Shown here in pieces: positions 17,314-26,901 of a stretch of DNA of 44,874 bases. Under the pieces are notes generated by a model. That model ran no database searches, had not been told where the DNA came from, and saw only the letters and a list, made by a program, of their open reading frames with translations. The stretch is from a virus (lineage: Duplodnaviria > Caudoviricetes). How positions within the stretch are numbered: the stretch's first letter is position 1; each line of letters opens with the position of its first letter. The stretch is from positions 1-44,874 of IMG/VR virus record IMGVR_UViG_3300020043_002687. One strand, written 5' to 3'. The position numbers were made by a program, and so were the translations under genes.

Positions 17314-18286
17314 ACGGATTGGTACCAAACTCAAAGTTCTGATCACGTCGTCCATTCTTTGCAGCTTGTTTCTTACTCGCAGGTCGGGAGAAGATACCAC
17401 GTTCACCAGACTTACTCTCTACAAGAGACAGCCATTCACGCATGAACGTCTCCATATCTGGCTTCTCTGTGTAGGCTACAGAGTTATTAGCCAAAGCCCG
17501 TTGTTTCTGTCCTTCCCACCAGTTACCAGATTTAGCATGACGCATACGATCATCCGACAAGTTAGACAGAGAAATCATAGCAGATCGGCGGACACCGCCA
17601 ACGACTACAACCTCACCGATCTTACACATAAGATCGTGACACTCAATAGAGTTTAGCTTACGGCCCTTTGCGTTTACAAAGGTATTCACAGTGAAGTTGA
17701 ACAACTCTACGAGAGGGGCAGGACCAGAAGCGCGACCACCAAAGGTTTTAAGTTTTGCACCAGACGGACGAACTTTAGACACATCCCATTGTGGGACCTC
17801 CCCAGCATAGAGGAGACTGATAACTTGACGAAGCGACTTTGCCCAACCTTCTTTACTGTCTTTAACTACAACTACAGTATCACTCTTGAACATTTGTTCA
17901 GGTACTTCTGGCAGTTTACTGATATACTGACGCTCAACAGAGAAACCAACACCAGTACCACAGAGTAGGATAAACATAGCTTCATCGAAAGACTTAGGGT
18001 CGTCTACAGGAAGATAACTACAGTTGTAGCCAGCGGTATTATCACGTTCAAAAGCAGGGCCAGCCGTCATGAGTGCCCGCATACTTGGGCAGATTTCATT
18101 TGACAAGATGGCTTGCTCAATCTCAGTTGTAAGGGAATTATCGTGCACCTTAGATGCGACAACATTCTTGATATACCGTGCAACAGTCTCAGCCCAATTC
18201 TCGCGACGGTTCTCAGCATCAATCCAACGAGCATAGCGAGAAGTTGCGATGAAAGACTGATAGTCTGTAGGCAAGTAGTTATTCAT
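17314..18286 (-). CDS. nrdJ: Class II ribonucleotide reductase, exon 1
   Basis: YQSFIATSRYARW, PSMRALMTAG, YNCSY, GTGVGFS, GGVRRSA, ends FGTNP; spliced product is 649 aa. Confidence 0.92.
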
Positions 18287-18438
18287 ATTGTTCTTTCTTT
18301 ATCCGATTAGAAATTGGTGTGGTTGATCTCGAAAGTGCCAATGCCATAGGGCATCAGTTAGTGCTGTCTCACCAGAGATCATAACTGGCTTCTCTTTATC
18401 TTCGATCTTTTCTAGTTTGTAGATTAGTTCTTGTACCG

Positions 18439-18882
18439 TCACTTGACTAAATCCCCTAGGGTAACTTTAGGGTACTCTGAGTTACGAATAATCTTTCCGT
18501 CTGCACGACGTTTGATCGTACCATCAGGTTGAAGCATACGCCCCATATTATTCCCATGTACACGACGCAGGGCTTCCTCTACATTCCACCCACGAGCATT
18601 AGCATACCCATAGATCACATACAAGAGGTCTGCTAGCTCTTTAAGCTCTAGGTGTGGTTGGTAAGCATCGTCATACAAATCACTGTGGTTAAGATAGAGC
18701 ATGTTTTCATAATACCACTCCCCAAACTCTTCTTCGATAAGGTCCACATATAGACGAGCATTTGGCTGTTGTCCACTTACCGTAGCATACTCTTTTACCA
18801 TCTCTGTAGGTGTCTGATGTACCATTTGTTCCTCATTCTCCCAATATCCGAAAGCTTGCGTCAATCCATCAGTTGTAGTCAT
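18439..18882 (-). CDS. MazG-like/PRA-PH NTP pyrophosphohydrolase
   Basis: LIEEEF.E...LKELADLLYVIYG.A...GW....A..RVH..NM. Confidence 0.8.
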   Translation of the reverse strand: MTTTDGLTQAFGYWENEEQMVHQTPTEMVKEYATVSGQQPNARLYVDLIEEEFGEWYYENMLYLNHSDLYDDAYQPHLELKELADLLYVIYGYANARGWNVEEALRRVHGNNMGRMLQPDGTIKRRADGKIIRNSEYPKVTLGDLVK

Positions 18883-19410
18883 TTAGTACCTTCCCCTAAA
18901 TACTGTTTCTTGGTGTGTCGCCCACTGAGGCCAGAAATACCAACAGAAGTCATCTGTACTACTAAACTTGCTGTCTTTGAACCATTTAAGTCTGCCGATA
19001 GACACAACCTTAGAACACTTACGCATAGCATCACCAAAATACACATTGTGCATGTGTCCTGCTGGCAAAAGTAGCCAAGTGGGCTTCAATGTAATAAAGT
19101 GATCTAGCATAGGCATAAGGACACTTCTGGTGAACGGTGGGTTGGTCACAATCAGATCAATACCTTGTAGATCACTCTTTGTCAAGGACATTGCATCCAT
19201 AACCTTAGAACTTTCTACTGTCTCCCGAAGATCACTACGCCACTTGCATGTAGCTACATCCATCAACAGGTCTTCCAAGTCTCCGTTACCGTAGCAAGGC
19301 TCTGCGTAAGTGTTGCCACGGATGTACCTAACCAAAGGCTCAACTGCCCTTGGGTCTGTCGTGGGATAGTAGTCCTTATCAACCTTTGGGAAGTCTGATC
19401 GTTTACTCAT
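18883..19410 (-). CDS. Orphan amino-methyltransferase (N6-adenine type)
   Basis: DYYPT, EPC.G.G.L (SAM binding), IVTNPPF (catalytic motif IV). Confidence 0.75.
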   Translation of the reverse strand: MSKRSDFPKVDKDYYPTTDPRAVEPLVRYIRGNTYAEPCYGNGDLEDLLMDVATCKWRSDLRETVESSKVMDAMSLTKSDLQGIDLIVTNPPFTRSVLMPMLDHFITLKPTWLLLPAGHMHNVYFGDAMRKCSKVVSIGRLKWFKDSKFSSTDDFCWYFWPQWATHQETVFRGRY

Positions 19411-20192
19411 TTTGATTTACCGTATTGACGTTCTAGCGTCTCCATACTGATCCACTGAGGTTCATAGACACCGTTCTCGATTTCACGCTTAACTACGACA
19501 CCCTTCCACCATTCATTATTTGCTTGACCCGCCCAACTTTCCTCAGCACCCTTAAAGCAACCAGCTACAAGACCAATGATAGGTCGTGGGTGGGCACCAT
19601 CCTTAAAGTATAAACTACGCTTATGACTGTGACCACAAGTAGAGCTATGGTTACGATTAGCAATAAGGCTGTAGGCATGATGCATACCAGAAGTGGCTGT
19701 ACCATAGTTACCAGAGCTAAAGTAATGGGCATAAGATACGCCATCATAATCAGCAATAGCTGGAGCTGAGTTATGGTATTCGTGATACTCATCAAACCAA
19801 TGGTCAGTTTGTAGGTGACTAAAGGAGATGCCATACTTCTGGCCCTCTAGCCGTGGGTCATGAGAGATAGCACGCTTGATACGGTTCTCATGGTTCCCTT
19901 CAAAACCTACATAGGTTGGACGTTTACGCTTATGGTGGCGGAACTTCCAACGCATACGTTCCATAGCATCGTTGTAGTGTTCAATGTCTGCTGCGTAAGA
20001 CTGAGACACAATGGCTTGTGGGCTACGTGTATCATAAGTATTCAAGGACCGCATATCTGCGCCATCACCCAAGTCAAACACATAGTCTGGCTTAAGGTCA
20101 TAGAGAAACTCTCCTAACCAATTAAACCTTTCGTTGCTGACGGAAGGATCAGTATGGGCGCAAGAGAACACAACTGCTGTTTTGCTTGCCAT
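19407..20192 (-). CDS. Calcineurin-like metallophosphoesterase
   Basis: LGDGAD, GNHE, H, GHSH motifs. Confidence 0.85.
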   Translation of the reverse strand: MASKTAVVFSCAHTDPSVSNERFNWLGEFLYDLKPDYVFDLGDGADMRSLNTYDTRSPQAIVSQSYAADIEHYNDAMERMRWKFRHHKRKRPTYVGFEGNHENRIKRAISHDPRLEGQKYGISFSHLQTDHWFDEYHEYHNSAPAIADYDGVSYAHYFSSGNYGTATSGMHHAYSLIANRNHSSTCGHSHKRSLYFKDGAHPRPIIGLVAGCFKGAEESWAGQANNEWWKGVVVKREIENGVYEPQWISMETLERQYGKSK

Positions 20193-20578
20193 TAGATGTA
20201 CAATACCTTTGGTTCTACACTATTATAGAAGTGATTGACAATCGCGTAAGCTTCGTTGAAGTCACCAAACCACAATGGAATGTCTACAACACTGGAATCA
20301 TCGTTCATACGACACTTAACTTCCAAGAGCCATTCAAGATCATCAGGTAGCCCCTCATCATCTGGAATACTATCTCGATGGATAGGGCCTTCATTCACAT
20401 GGAAGATGGTGATCTTTGTCATGCCCAGATCGAACATACGATCTTCAACCTTACGGTTAATCTCTCCTTCCTGAAAGAGTAGGTAAGGTTCAGAAACCTT
20501 CTGAAAAGCCCAATCAGAAAGCTTATCAAACAAGGCCCCAAAACTAAAGAAAATATAGTCTTTCATTCTTTGATCCAT
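20192..20578 (-). CDS. Hypothetical protein
   Basis: ORF closely packed in the operon. Confidence 0.6.
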   Translation of the reverse strand: MDQRMKDYIFFSFGALFDKLSDWAFQKVSEPYLLFQEGEINRKVEDRMFDLGMTKITIFHVNEGPIHRDSIPDDEGLPDDLEWLLEVKCRMNDDSSVVDIPLWFGDFNEAYAIVNHFYNSVEPKVLYI

Positions 20579-20967
20579 TCTGTAGGAATTACTTTGTCAG
20601 ACCACTTAAAGCCGTATTGATCACACCAATTGCAGTACATGGTTTTAGAGCCTTTATAAAGCTTGGCCCTAGCATTAGAGAAGACGAATCTAATGTCCAA
20701 CTCTGGGTGTTGCTTTTGGATCAATAGGTGTTTCTTTCTATCCTCTGTCTTAAACAAACCCTTGGTCTCAATGATGATGCCATTAGGAAGCTGGAAGTCA
20801 ACAGTATACTTACGAGTCTCTGCAAGTTCGTATGGAACCTTTAGCTTCTCGTACTCATAGGTTACTCCAGCTTCCTCTAGCTGTTTGGCAATCTTTTCTT
20901 CCAGACCAGATCGGTAGCCATTCTTGATAGCTCTTGCCCTTACGCTATTTACTTTGGCGGCTCCCAC
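20563..20967 (-). CDS. T7 endonuclease I-like Holliday junction resolvase
   Basis: YRSGLE...YE...YT.DF.LPNGIIIETKG.F...DRKKHLLI..QHPELDIRFVF. Confidence 0.92.
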   Translation of the reverse strand: MGAAKVNSVRARAIKNGYRSGLEEKIAKQLEEAGVTYEYEKLKVPYELAETRKYTVDFQLPNGIIIETKGLFKTEDRKKHLLIQKQHPELDIRFVFSNARAKLYKGSKTMYCNWCDQYGFKWSDKVIPTEWIKE

Positions 20968-21662
20968 ATCTGGCCCTCCTCTCTACGCAACCACAACAAC
21001 CTAGCATTCTCTAGCACACGAGCCTCATTGCCATCATAAGCCTTGACTACAGCTTGATATAGGTCTTTCTCATTAGTCAAACCCTCTAGGATTTTATCTG
21101 CTTTCACAGGACCAACTCGAAAGATACCTTTAATGTTGTCGGCTGCATCTCCTGTCAAGATTTGCTTATAGAAAAACTTAGTGCCAGCATCAGGTTCTAC
21201 GAAAGTCCACTTACCTGTTACAAAGTTGAAGTGCCAACAAGGTATTTGTAGCATATCTTTGTCTATAGATGCGACTACTGTTGTCTCAGGGTCATTCTTT
21301 GTAGCCTCAATAGCAATAGCATCATCTGCTTCTTGACCATTGATAACTACACCTTGATAATTGTCTACCAAGTAGCGCCTAGCATCAGAGAGTAGAACAG
21401 GTTTTGGTACTGACTTACGATTGCCTTTGTACTCAGCAGTTACAGCAATGTCATTACGAAAGTTGTTTCTACCTGTCAGATAGGTTGTGTAGTCACTTCC
21501 ATTAGAGAACACAAGAGTTTCCCCAATGATGTAGTCCATAAGGTCGTCAACTTTAGCTTCTACTTCCCAAGAGTAACCCAGATCACCTACAGAGAAAGCT
21601 GCCCTGTAGGCTACAATGTCCCCATCTACGAGCAAGGTGTTTACCACCTCTGGCTTATCCAT
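20949..21662 (-). CDS. 5'-3' exonuclease (T7 gp6/RNase H-like)
   Basis: DGDI.AY, NFR, YKGNR, EADD, DKD, GD..DNI.G...VGP.KA. Confidence 0.9.
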   Translation of the reverse strand: MDKPEVVNTLLVDGDIVAYRAAFSVGDLGYSWEVEAKVDDLMDYIIGETLVFSNGSDYTTYLTGRNNFRNDIAVTAEYKGNRKSVPKPVLLSDARRYLVDNYQGVVINGQEADDAIAIEATKNDPETTVVASIDKDMLQIPCWHFNFVTGKWTFVEPDAGTKFFYKQILTGDAADNIKGIFRVGPVKADKILEGLTNEKDLYQAVVKAYDGNEARVLENARLLWLRREEGQMWEPPK

Positions 21663-22389
21663 GAACTAGGGCCTTCCAACTTACAGGGTACAAGGATTCC
21701 ATCACTTTGTCGATTTGTTGTGCTACAAGTCGCGTTTCGTACTGAGTATCGTCTTTAAGTCGAAGAACGCACATATCAGCGAAAGCGTCCAGTGATCCGC
21801 TCCAGAACCACTCTGTCATTGTAGATTGAGGTAGTACCATTCGGGCTTGCTCTGGTGCCACGTTATAGCTAAGCATCGCTTGGTATAGACTTAATACCTG
21901 TTCATTATGTTCATACTCACGTTCACGATAACCTGTGCCTTTGCCGTGATTAAACAACTCATTCTCACCATCACTTCCTTGCTTTTTGTTGGCCGACTTA
22001 TTACGCCACACATCAGGTGTATAAAACTCAGGTGTGTCATCTACATAACGACGACTGATTTCATTCCAACGCAGGAACTTATGCTTGACAAGCTGTCGGG
22101 CTACAAAGATAGGGGCTTTAACATGGAAGGAAGCAAAACAATGGCCGAAAGGGGAGTAGTGTTTGTGTTCTGCAAGATATTTGATAAGCTTAGCGTCTTT
22201 GTCTGAAAGAGAAAGGGAATCTCCAAAACCGCAATCTGAGCAATATTTATCATAATGATAATTGACATTTAAGTTTGTACCTTTACAACCAGAACAAACC
22301 CAACCACTCTTCTTCCCAAAAGAAACCCGCGCTGCATTAACAACGCTAAGGTCATCTCCCATGTTATCAATCAGGGTAGCTTCAATCAC
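21655..22389 (-). CDS. thyX: Flavin-dependent thymidylate synthase with a Cys4 insertion
   Basis: VNAARVSF, H.SPF.H, APIFVARQLVKH, NEISRRY, APEQARMVLPQS. Confidence 0.92.
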   Translation of the reverse strand: MIEATLIDNMGDDLSVVNAARVSFGKKSGWVCSGCKGTNLNVNYHYDKYCSDCGFGDSLSLSDKDAKLIKYLAEHKHYSPFGHCFASFHVKAPIFVARQLVKHKFLRWNEISRRYVDDTPEFYTPDVWRNKSANKKQGSDGENELFNHGKGTGYREREYEHNEQVLSLYQAMLSYNVAPEQARMVLPQSTMTEWFWSGSLDAFADMCVLRLKDDTQYETRLVAQQIDKVMESLYPVSWKALVHG

Positions 22390-22583
22390 CGGAGAGTCCC
22401 CACTTCTTCCCCATCTTCCTTAACAAAGATGACTTGCTTGACGTAAGTATAGCCTACAGAACGAGCAAACTGCAAGATGAGTTCTGCAAAATCCCCAAGA
22501 TACTCTACGTCATTCTGGCAGATGTTCGCTTCATTGTAGACACCATCGTCTACTTCTTGATTGGCATATAGTTCAACTCGCAT
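22386..22583 (-). CDS. Hypothetical protein
   Basis: Coupled ORF in the operon. Confidence 0.6.
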   Translation of the reverse strand: MRVELYANQEVDDGVYNEANICQNDVEYLGDFAELILQFARSVGYTYVKQVIFVKEDGEEVGTLR

Positions 22584-22838
22584 TTATTTCACCTTACTTG
22601 TGGTTTGGGTTGTGTTAGGGTATCCAAGGCTCCAGATCATACTGATAGCCCCTACGAGCAACATAAGTTGCCAAAAAGCAACAGTCTCAAACTTAATGTA
22701 TTGCATAAAAGCTTGTGTAGTCTCTGGGAAAGCGAACCCAACTGCCGACCCAAAGAAAGCAGCCAACAGAGGAACAACCACAGCCCGTAGGATAAGAACT
22801 ACAACTATTGAGAACGCTAGTGTGAGACTAGTAAACAT
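22584..22838 (-). CDS. Small membrane protein
   Basis: Two hydrophobic segments; GGAG RBS. Confidence 0.65.
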   Translation of the reverse strand: MFTSLTLAFSIVVVLILRAVVVPLLAAFFGSAVGFAFPETTQAFMQYIKFETVAFWQLMLLVGAISMIWSLGYPNTTQTTSKVK

Positions 22839-22865
22839 TATTTACTCCACAGTGAATATAGACCC

Positions 22866-22908
22866 TTTTGCACCCCTAAGGCTTAATACCTAGGTCTTAG
22901 GGGTGCAA
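22866..22908 (-). terminator. Hairpin/terminator after the SSB gene
   Basis: TTGCACCCCTAAG...CTTAGGGGTGCAA, a 13-bp inverted repeat. Confidence 0.7.
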
Positions 22909-22922
22909 TAGCAAGTTAACCT

Positions 22923-23480
22923 TTAGGTGTCCCAAACATCGGCAAACTCAGACTTCTCTTGCGTTTGAGCCTGTTCATACGCAACGAGCTTAGTGATAGC
23001 TAGCGCCTCAAGGCGAAGGCCAGCACCGTCGGAATAAAGGTCAAAGCGAACAATGGCCTCAGAACCATTACCTACCAGACCCCCCTCTTCAACAGTCCAG
23101 ATTTTCTTGTTTGGTGGGTCACGGAAGTCAAGGACTTTAGGAAGGCCACCGTAGTTAATCTCAGTGGTACCGCCCTTCTTGTTCTCAAATACCTTAATAT
23201 TATCTTTGTAGTTGCGGTTCAGTTTGATGTATTCACCAATACCAAACTCTTGATTGCCTTTCTTGATGCGATCATGGCCCATCGGCTTAAGATCAAGTCC
23301 AGCAGCAATCAGTTTCTCTTTGTCTGCTTCTGAGGTAAAGTAGGCGTTCAAGGTAGTCTGTCCACCCTTCTTAGCTACAGTACCTTGGGCAGACTTAACG
23401 GGTGCCTCTGGATCACCTTTGTCGTAGTTCTCTTCGAACACACGGGTATATTCCAGAACCATTTTCATATCGAACTTCAT
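22923..23480 (-). CDS. Probable single-stranded DNA-binding protein
   Basis: VGNGS.A.V motif, acidic/aromatic tail (EFADVWDT), own promoter; ATG 23480 has an AGAGGA RBS, while the listed TTG 23567 is a -35 box. Confidence 0.65.
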   Translation of the reverse strand: MKFDMKMVLEYTRVFEENYDKGDPEAPVKSAQGTVAKKGGQTTLNAYFTSEADKEKLIAAGLDLKPMGHDRIKKGNQEFGIGEYIKLNRNYKDNIKVFENKKGGTTEINYGGLPKVLDFRDPPNKKIWTVEEGGLVGNGSEAIVRFDLYSDGAGLRLEALAITKLVAYEQAQTQEKSEFADVWDT

Positions 23481-23536
23481 CGGGTTTCTTTCCTCTGGGG
23501 GGTATTTATGAGTTAGGGAACTAACTGCCCTACTAT

Positions 23537-23567
23537 AGTATAGGTCTGCTTTTTCGTCTTTTGTCAA
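23537..23567 (-). promoter_or_regulatory. Conserved phage promoter, copy 1
   Basis: TTGACA-AAAGACGA-AAAAGCAGACC-TATACT. Confidence 0.8.
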
Positions 23568-23614
23568 CCGATTCTAAGGAGTTACGCAGAGAGAACTAAC
23601 ATGTGACTATTTTG

Positions 23615-23905
23615 TCACACTTTGTCTGTCTTATAGACGGGTCGATACTCTACCTTTGTAATCTCAACGGGTTGTACAAGAGTAAGCGTGAGGTCGGGGT
23701 CTACCTCTTGAGACTCTGTAGAGCCACACCCCCATTGGGCCTTCCAAAAATCCCCTGTTGCCTTGTGTTGAAGGATTTGCATATAGTGCGTAGTCCAACG
23801 ACTTTGGCGCTCTATAGTAGCTAATGTGATTTCAAGAAAGTCTTCTCCTTCAAAAACATATTCCATGGGGTAGTCATATTGGTTTAGGTCAAAGCGAGTA
23901 AGCAT
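23615..23905 (-). CDS. Hypothetical protein
   Basis: SRW......GSTE.QE motif; ATG with an AGGAG RBS. Confidence 0.65.
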   Translation of the reverse strand: MLTRFDLNQYDYPMEYVFEGEDFLEITLATIERQSRWTTHYMQILQHKATGDFWKAQWGCGSTESQEVDPDLTLTLVQPVEITKVEYRPVYKTDKV

Positions 23906-23922
23906 TTGTTTCTCCTCTTGTG

Positions 23923-25830
23923 TTAGTGTACGTCTGCATAGTTGTCGCCAGCCTTCCAATCAGAAGATACCCTGACATTCAACTGCAACTTGTTGTTCAA
24001 TGCCTCTTCTACACGCTGGAACAAGGGTCCGAAGCGATCTGTATCCCCTTTCTTTGTGTAGAACAAACCTTCATCGTGATATTGCATAACCATAGGCACG
24101 CCTTCCTTACGAACAAAGGCCAACCAATTGTCAAACACATAAACACCTGTACTTTGATTGAGAGTGCTAAAAACATCTTTGATAGCACGAAGGTTATGCC
24201 AGAACCCAGAGACAGGATTTTGTAGCCACAGAGAACCGTCCTTAAGAACTTTCGTGGTTTGCTTCTTTGCTATCTCCCTAACCGACCAGTTACGCTCCCA
24301 ATAAGCCTCCAAGAGTTTGGTAGCCTCCTTGACACTACAAGAGATAGCTCTTGCAAGCTTAGGCGGGCCGATTCCGTAGACTGCGCTATAGTTGGCTGCT
24401 TTATAGGGTTTGCGAATACTCTTTAGCTCGGGTTTCTTTCCTGCGTTGTAGGCATCAATGTCTTCTTGGCTGCACACACCAGCAAACTTGGCAAGGTCAA
24501 GGTGTTCATCAAACCCCTCTTGTGACATCTCATCTACATAATCAGGGTCAAGGGGTTTCATGTAATGGCGTTTAGTTGTTGACTCTAAGCTTACCATGTC
24601 TGCACCTACAAGAACATGTTCATCAGACGGTGCTAATAGGCAAGCACGAACCTCATGTCCATATGGCTTATCTACACCCGGCAGGTTGGCTAAGGGCTTC
24701 CTATGTTTGAAACGGAAAGTATTTGTAAGCCCATCAATACGTGACCTGATCCACCATACACCATTGTTGTCTTGTTCAGCAGAGCTAAGGTACGCCTTAA
24801 AGATACTGATCCTGTGGGTTAGAACAGTCAGTCCATCAAGGTAGTCAATAGCTGGGTCTTTCTCACGTAGCGACAAAACAGATTCACAGAGTTCCCCATC
24901 CTTCCTTACTTGCTCAATCCTACGCTCATTACCGTGTTCGTCTTTATCGTATTTGAACGTAAGAGGTTCCCAACCAAGACCATAGAGCCAATCTTTGATC
25001 TGTGGGGTAGAATCTGGATTACCTTGCTCGTAACTATCAACCACTCGTAGAGGCCCTACAGTAGCCTCTGGGAGGCCGTATTCCTTTAGGGTAGAGAACC
25101 ACCGCTTACCATGCTCAGATAACGTCCCATCGGCCTTGTATGGCTTCTGTGGTTTGTTTACCAGCTTGGTAATTGCCTTCTTAGGCATAGCCTCTGCAAG
25201 TTCTTTGGTCTTTGTCTGTTTGAGGGCTTCTAGCTTAGTGAGCATCTTTGTAGCTAAAGAGTGATCCAGACGAATGCCTTGTTTCTCAGTATCGTTAGCA
25301 CACTGCATTTTGAAGGCAAGATAACGAATAAGTCGGATAGCCTCATCAGACAGAGAACCATCTGTATTCTGACCATACAGAGCAACTAACTTATTACGCA
25401 GCCGCAGCCACTGACGTGTATTGATTCTTATATCGTCTTCGCACCTATGAGTATACTCTTCACGAGAGAGATTATCCCAATTCAAAATCTCTGGTTTAGT
25501 AAGACCAAAAGATTTACCATACGCTTCCAGACCATACTTAAGACCCTTCTCCCCACGCTCATAGTCCAAGTACCAAGCGAGGATCAAGGTATCTACGAGG
25601 ATAGTGTTCTCTGTAGGACGGATACCATAGACCTTCTCAATAGCATCCAAGTCAAAGCGTAGGATATTGTGCCCAATTATCATCTCTGCGCTATAAACAG
25701 AAGAAATAGCTTCTAGGTTATATCCGCTTGTTGGTTCAGACATAGTGTTGTCTTGCCACGAGATGACATGAACCTTGTCTAGCTTATCAAGGAAGCCATT
25801 TGTCTCAACATCGAACACTACCTCTCTCAT
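23923..25830 (-). CDS. polA: Family A DNA polymerase with 3'-5' exonuclease (Tyr at the 762-equivalent position)
   Basis: FDVETNG, GHNI..FD, motif A GADMVSLE, motif B RKPYKAANYSAVYG, motif C YHDE. Confidence 0.95.
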   Translation of the reverse strand: MREVVFDVETNGFLDKLDKVHVISWQDNTMSEPTSGYNLEAISSVYSAEMIIGHNILRFDLDAIEKVYGIRPTENTILVDTLILAWYLDYERGEKGLKYGLEAYGKSFGLTKPEILNWDNLSREEYTHRCEDDIRINTRQWLRLRNKLVALYGQNTDGSLSDEAIRLIRYLAFKMQCANDTEKQGIRLDHSLATKMLTKLEALKQTKTKELAEAMPKKAITKLVNKPQKPYKADGTLSEHGKRWFSTLKEYGLPEATVGPLRVVDSYEQGNPDSTPQIKDWLYGLGWEPLTFKYDKDEHGNERRIEQVRKDGELCESVLSLREKDPAIDYLDGLTVLTHRISIFKAYLSSAEQDNNGVWWIRSRIDGLTNTFRFKHRKPLANLPGVDKPYGHEVRACLLAPSDEHVLVGADMVSLESTTKRHYMKPLDPDYVDEMSQEGFDEHLDLAKFAGVCSQEDIDAYNAGKKPELKSIRKPYKAANYSAVYGIGPPKLARAISCSVKEATKLLEAYWERNWSVREIAKKQTTKVLKDGSLWLQNPVSGFWHNLRAIKDVFSTLNQSTGVYVFDNWLAFVRKEGVPMVMQYHDEGLFYTKKGDTDRFGPLFQRVEEALNNKLQLNVRVSSDWKAGDNYADVH

Positions 25831-26006
25831 ACTCTCGTCACCTCATTCAACAAATCAGCCAGCTTCTTTGCATCGGCTTCTTCAAGATCAAAAAGGATAG
25901 CGTTGCCAAACAAACCACCCTCCTCATCAATAACACACCACTCCCAAGGTTTTTCATCGAAGGTTCCACCTCTATACTCTGCTGTGAACCTACCAAAATC
26001 TCTCAT
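25827..26006 (-). CDS. 59-aa protein, tandem paralog B (not in the ORF track)
   Basis: MRDFGRFTAEYRGGTFDEKPWEWCVIDEEGGLFGNAILFDLEEADAKKLADLLNEVTRV; ATGA overlap with the polymerase start. Confidence 0.75.
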   Translation of the reverse strand: MRDFGRFTAEYRGGTFDEKPWEWCVIDEEGGLFGNAILFDLEEADAKKLADLLNEVTRV

Positions 26007-26182
26007 AGCTTAGTCTCCTTATTCAACAAAGTAGCCAGTCTCTTTGCCTCGGCTTCTTCAAGATAAAAAAGGATAACGCCGCCAAACAAACCCCCTTCCT
26101 CATCAATCACACACCACTCCCAAGGTTTTTCACCATTATCTCCACCCCGATGTTCAGCATAGAACCTATTTAAGGCAGTCAT
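26003..26182 (-). CDS. 59-aa protein, tandem paralog A (not in the ORF track)
   Basis: MTALNRFYAEHRGGDNGEKPWEWCVIDEEGGLFGGVILFYLEEAEAKRLATLLNKETKL; GGAGG RBS. Confidence 0.75.
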   Translation of the reverse strand: MTALNRFYAEHRGGDNGEKPWEWCVIDEEGGLFGGVILFYLEEAEAKRLATLLNKETKL

Positions 26183-26185
26183 AGA

Positions 26186-26470
26186 TTAGCCTCCTTGTTG
26201 GGTGTGAATACCCGCTATTGTATATTTATAGACGTGATCTGAGCCGTAAGCAGGACACACAACAAGATACTCAGGTGGGAAACCTTTCTTGTCGTAGCTA
26301 CAGATGAAAGGTTGGTCTGCATGTTCTGGATACAAACCAATCAGTTTCTTCTCTAGTTTCTCATATAATTCAAGTTTCTTTTCTAGTTTCTCTACTTGTT
26401 CTTTCCAGTATTGAGCCGCTGACTTCCAATTAAGGTCTTCCATCATTTTAATCTTATCTTTATCTGACAT
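26186..26470 (-). CDS. Hypothetical protein
   Basis: Coupled ORF; VCPAYGSD motif. Confidence 0.65.
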   Translation of the reverse strand: MSDKDKIKMMEDLNWKSAAQYWKEQVEKLEKKLELYEKLEKKLIGLYPEHADQPFICSYDKKGFPPEYLVVCPAYGSDHVYKYTIAGIHTQQGG

Positions 26471-26676
26471 TAATTTAAACCTCTTTGATATACTTCCCCA
26501 TCTTTGAAACCCAAATCATAACCAAAACCTGACCCAGAAATAAACCCTTGTTTCCAACTAGCTTCTAACCAAATGAAAAGGTCTTTAGCTGGAACCTCTG
26601 GAAATGTTTCAAGTAGTCGTTCCCTGCGAGTTGCATATCCTTCAAACTCATCAAACCAGTCATTAAAATCAGTCAT
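26470..26676 (-). CDS. Hypothetical protein
   Basis: Coupled ORF. Confidence 0.6.
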   Translation of the reverse strand: MTDFNDWFDEFEGYATRRERLLETFPEVPAKDLFIWLEASWKQGFISGSGFGYDLGFKDGEVYQRGLN

Positions 26677-26896
26677 AGTCTTTTACCCCATGTCGGTAAA
26701 TATCTTGCTCAATCATCTTTAGCACCTCCTTTAGGTCTTCCAAGGACTCCCCGTTCAAGATAGCTTTATCTGTGAAAGCTGGTGATCCTTCTAGTTTCGG
26801 ATAATACTCATGTACTCCATACCAGACTTCTTCACTGCCGTCAAGGTGATACTCAACGTGCTTCATTACTTGATAGTGCCACTCACTAGAACCCAT
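26669..26896 (-). CDS. Hypothetical protein
   Basis: W.Y.V.....YGVHEYY...GES.EDL pattern. Confidence 0.65.
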   Translation of the reverse strand: MGSSEWHYQVMKHVEYHLDGSEEVWYGVHEYYPKLEGSPAFTDKAILNGESLEDLKEVLKMIEQDIYRHGVKDYD

Positions 26897-26901
26897 AGTT
26901 A

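Noticed and set aside
16164-18286. nrdJ as a pseudogene, intein-containing gene or true two-gene split
   Set aside because: The insert has in-frame stops and is not a multiple of 3 (not an intein); precise U/G-bounded removal restores the catalytic motif; the TTG start at 17102 would omit catalytic residues
23602-23619. CRP/FNR site
   Set aside because: Spacing is TGTGA-N8-TCACA rather than N6; treated instead as part of the three-copy palindrome
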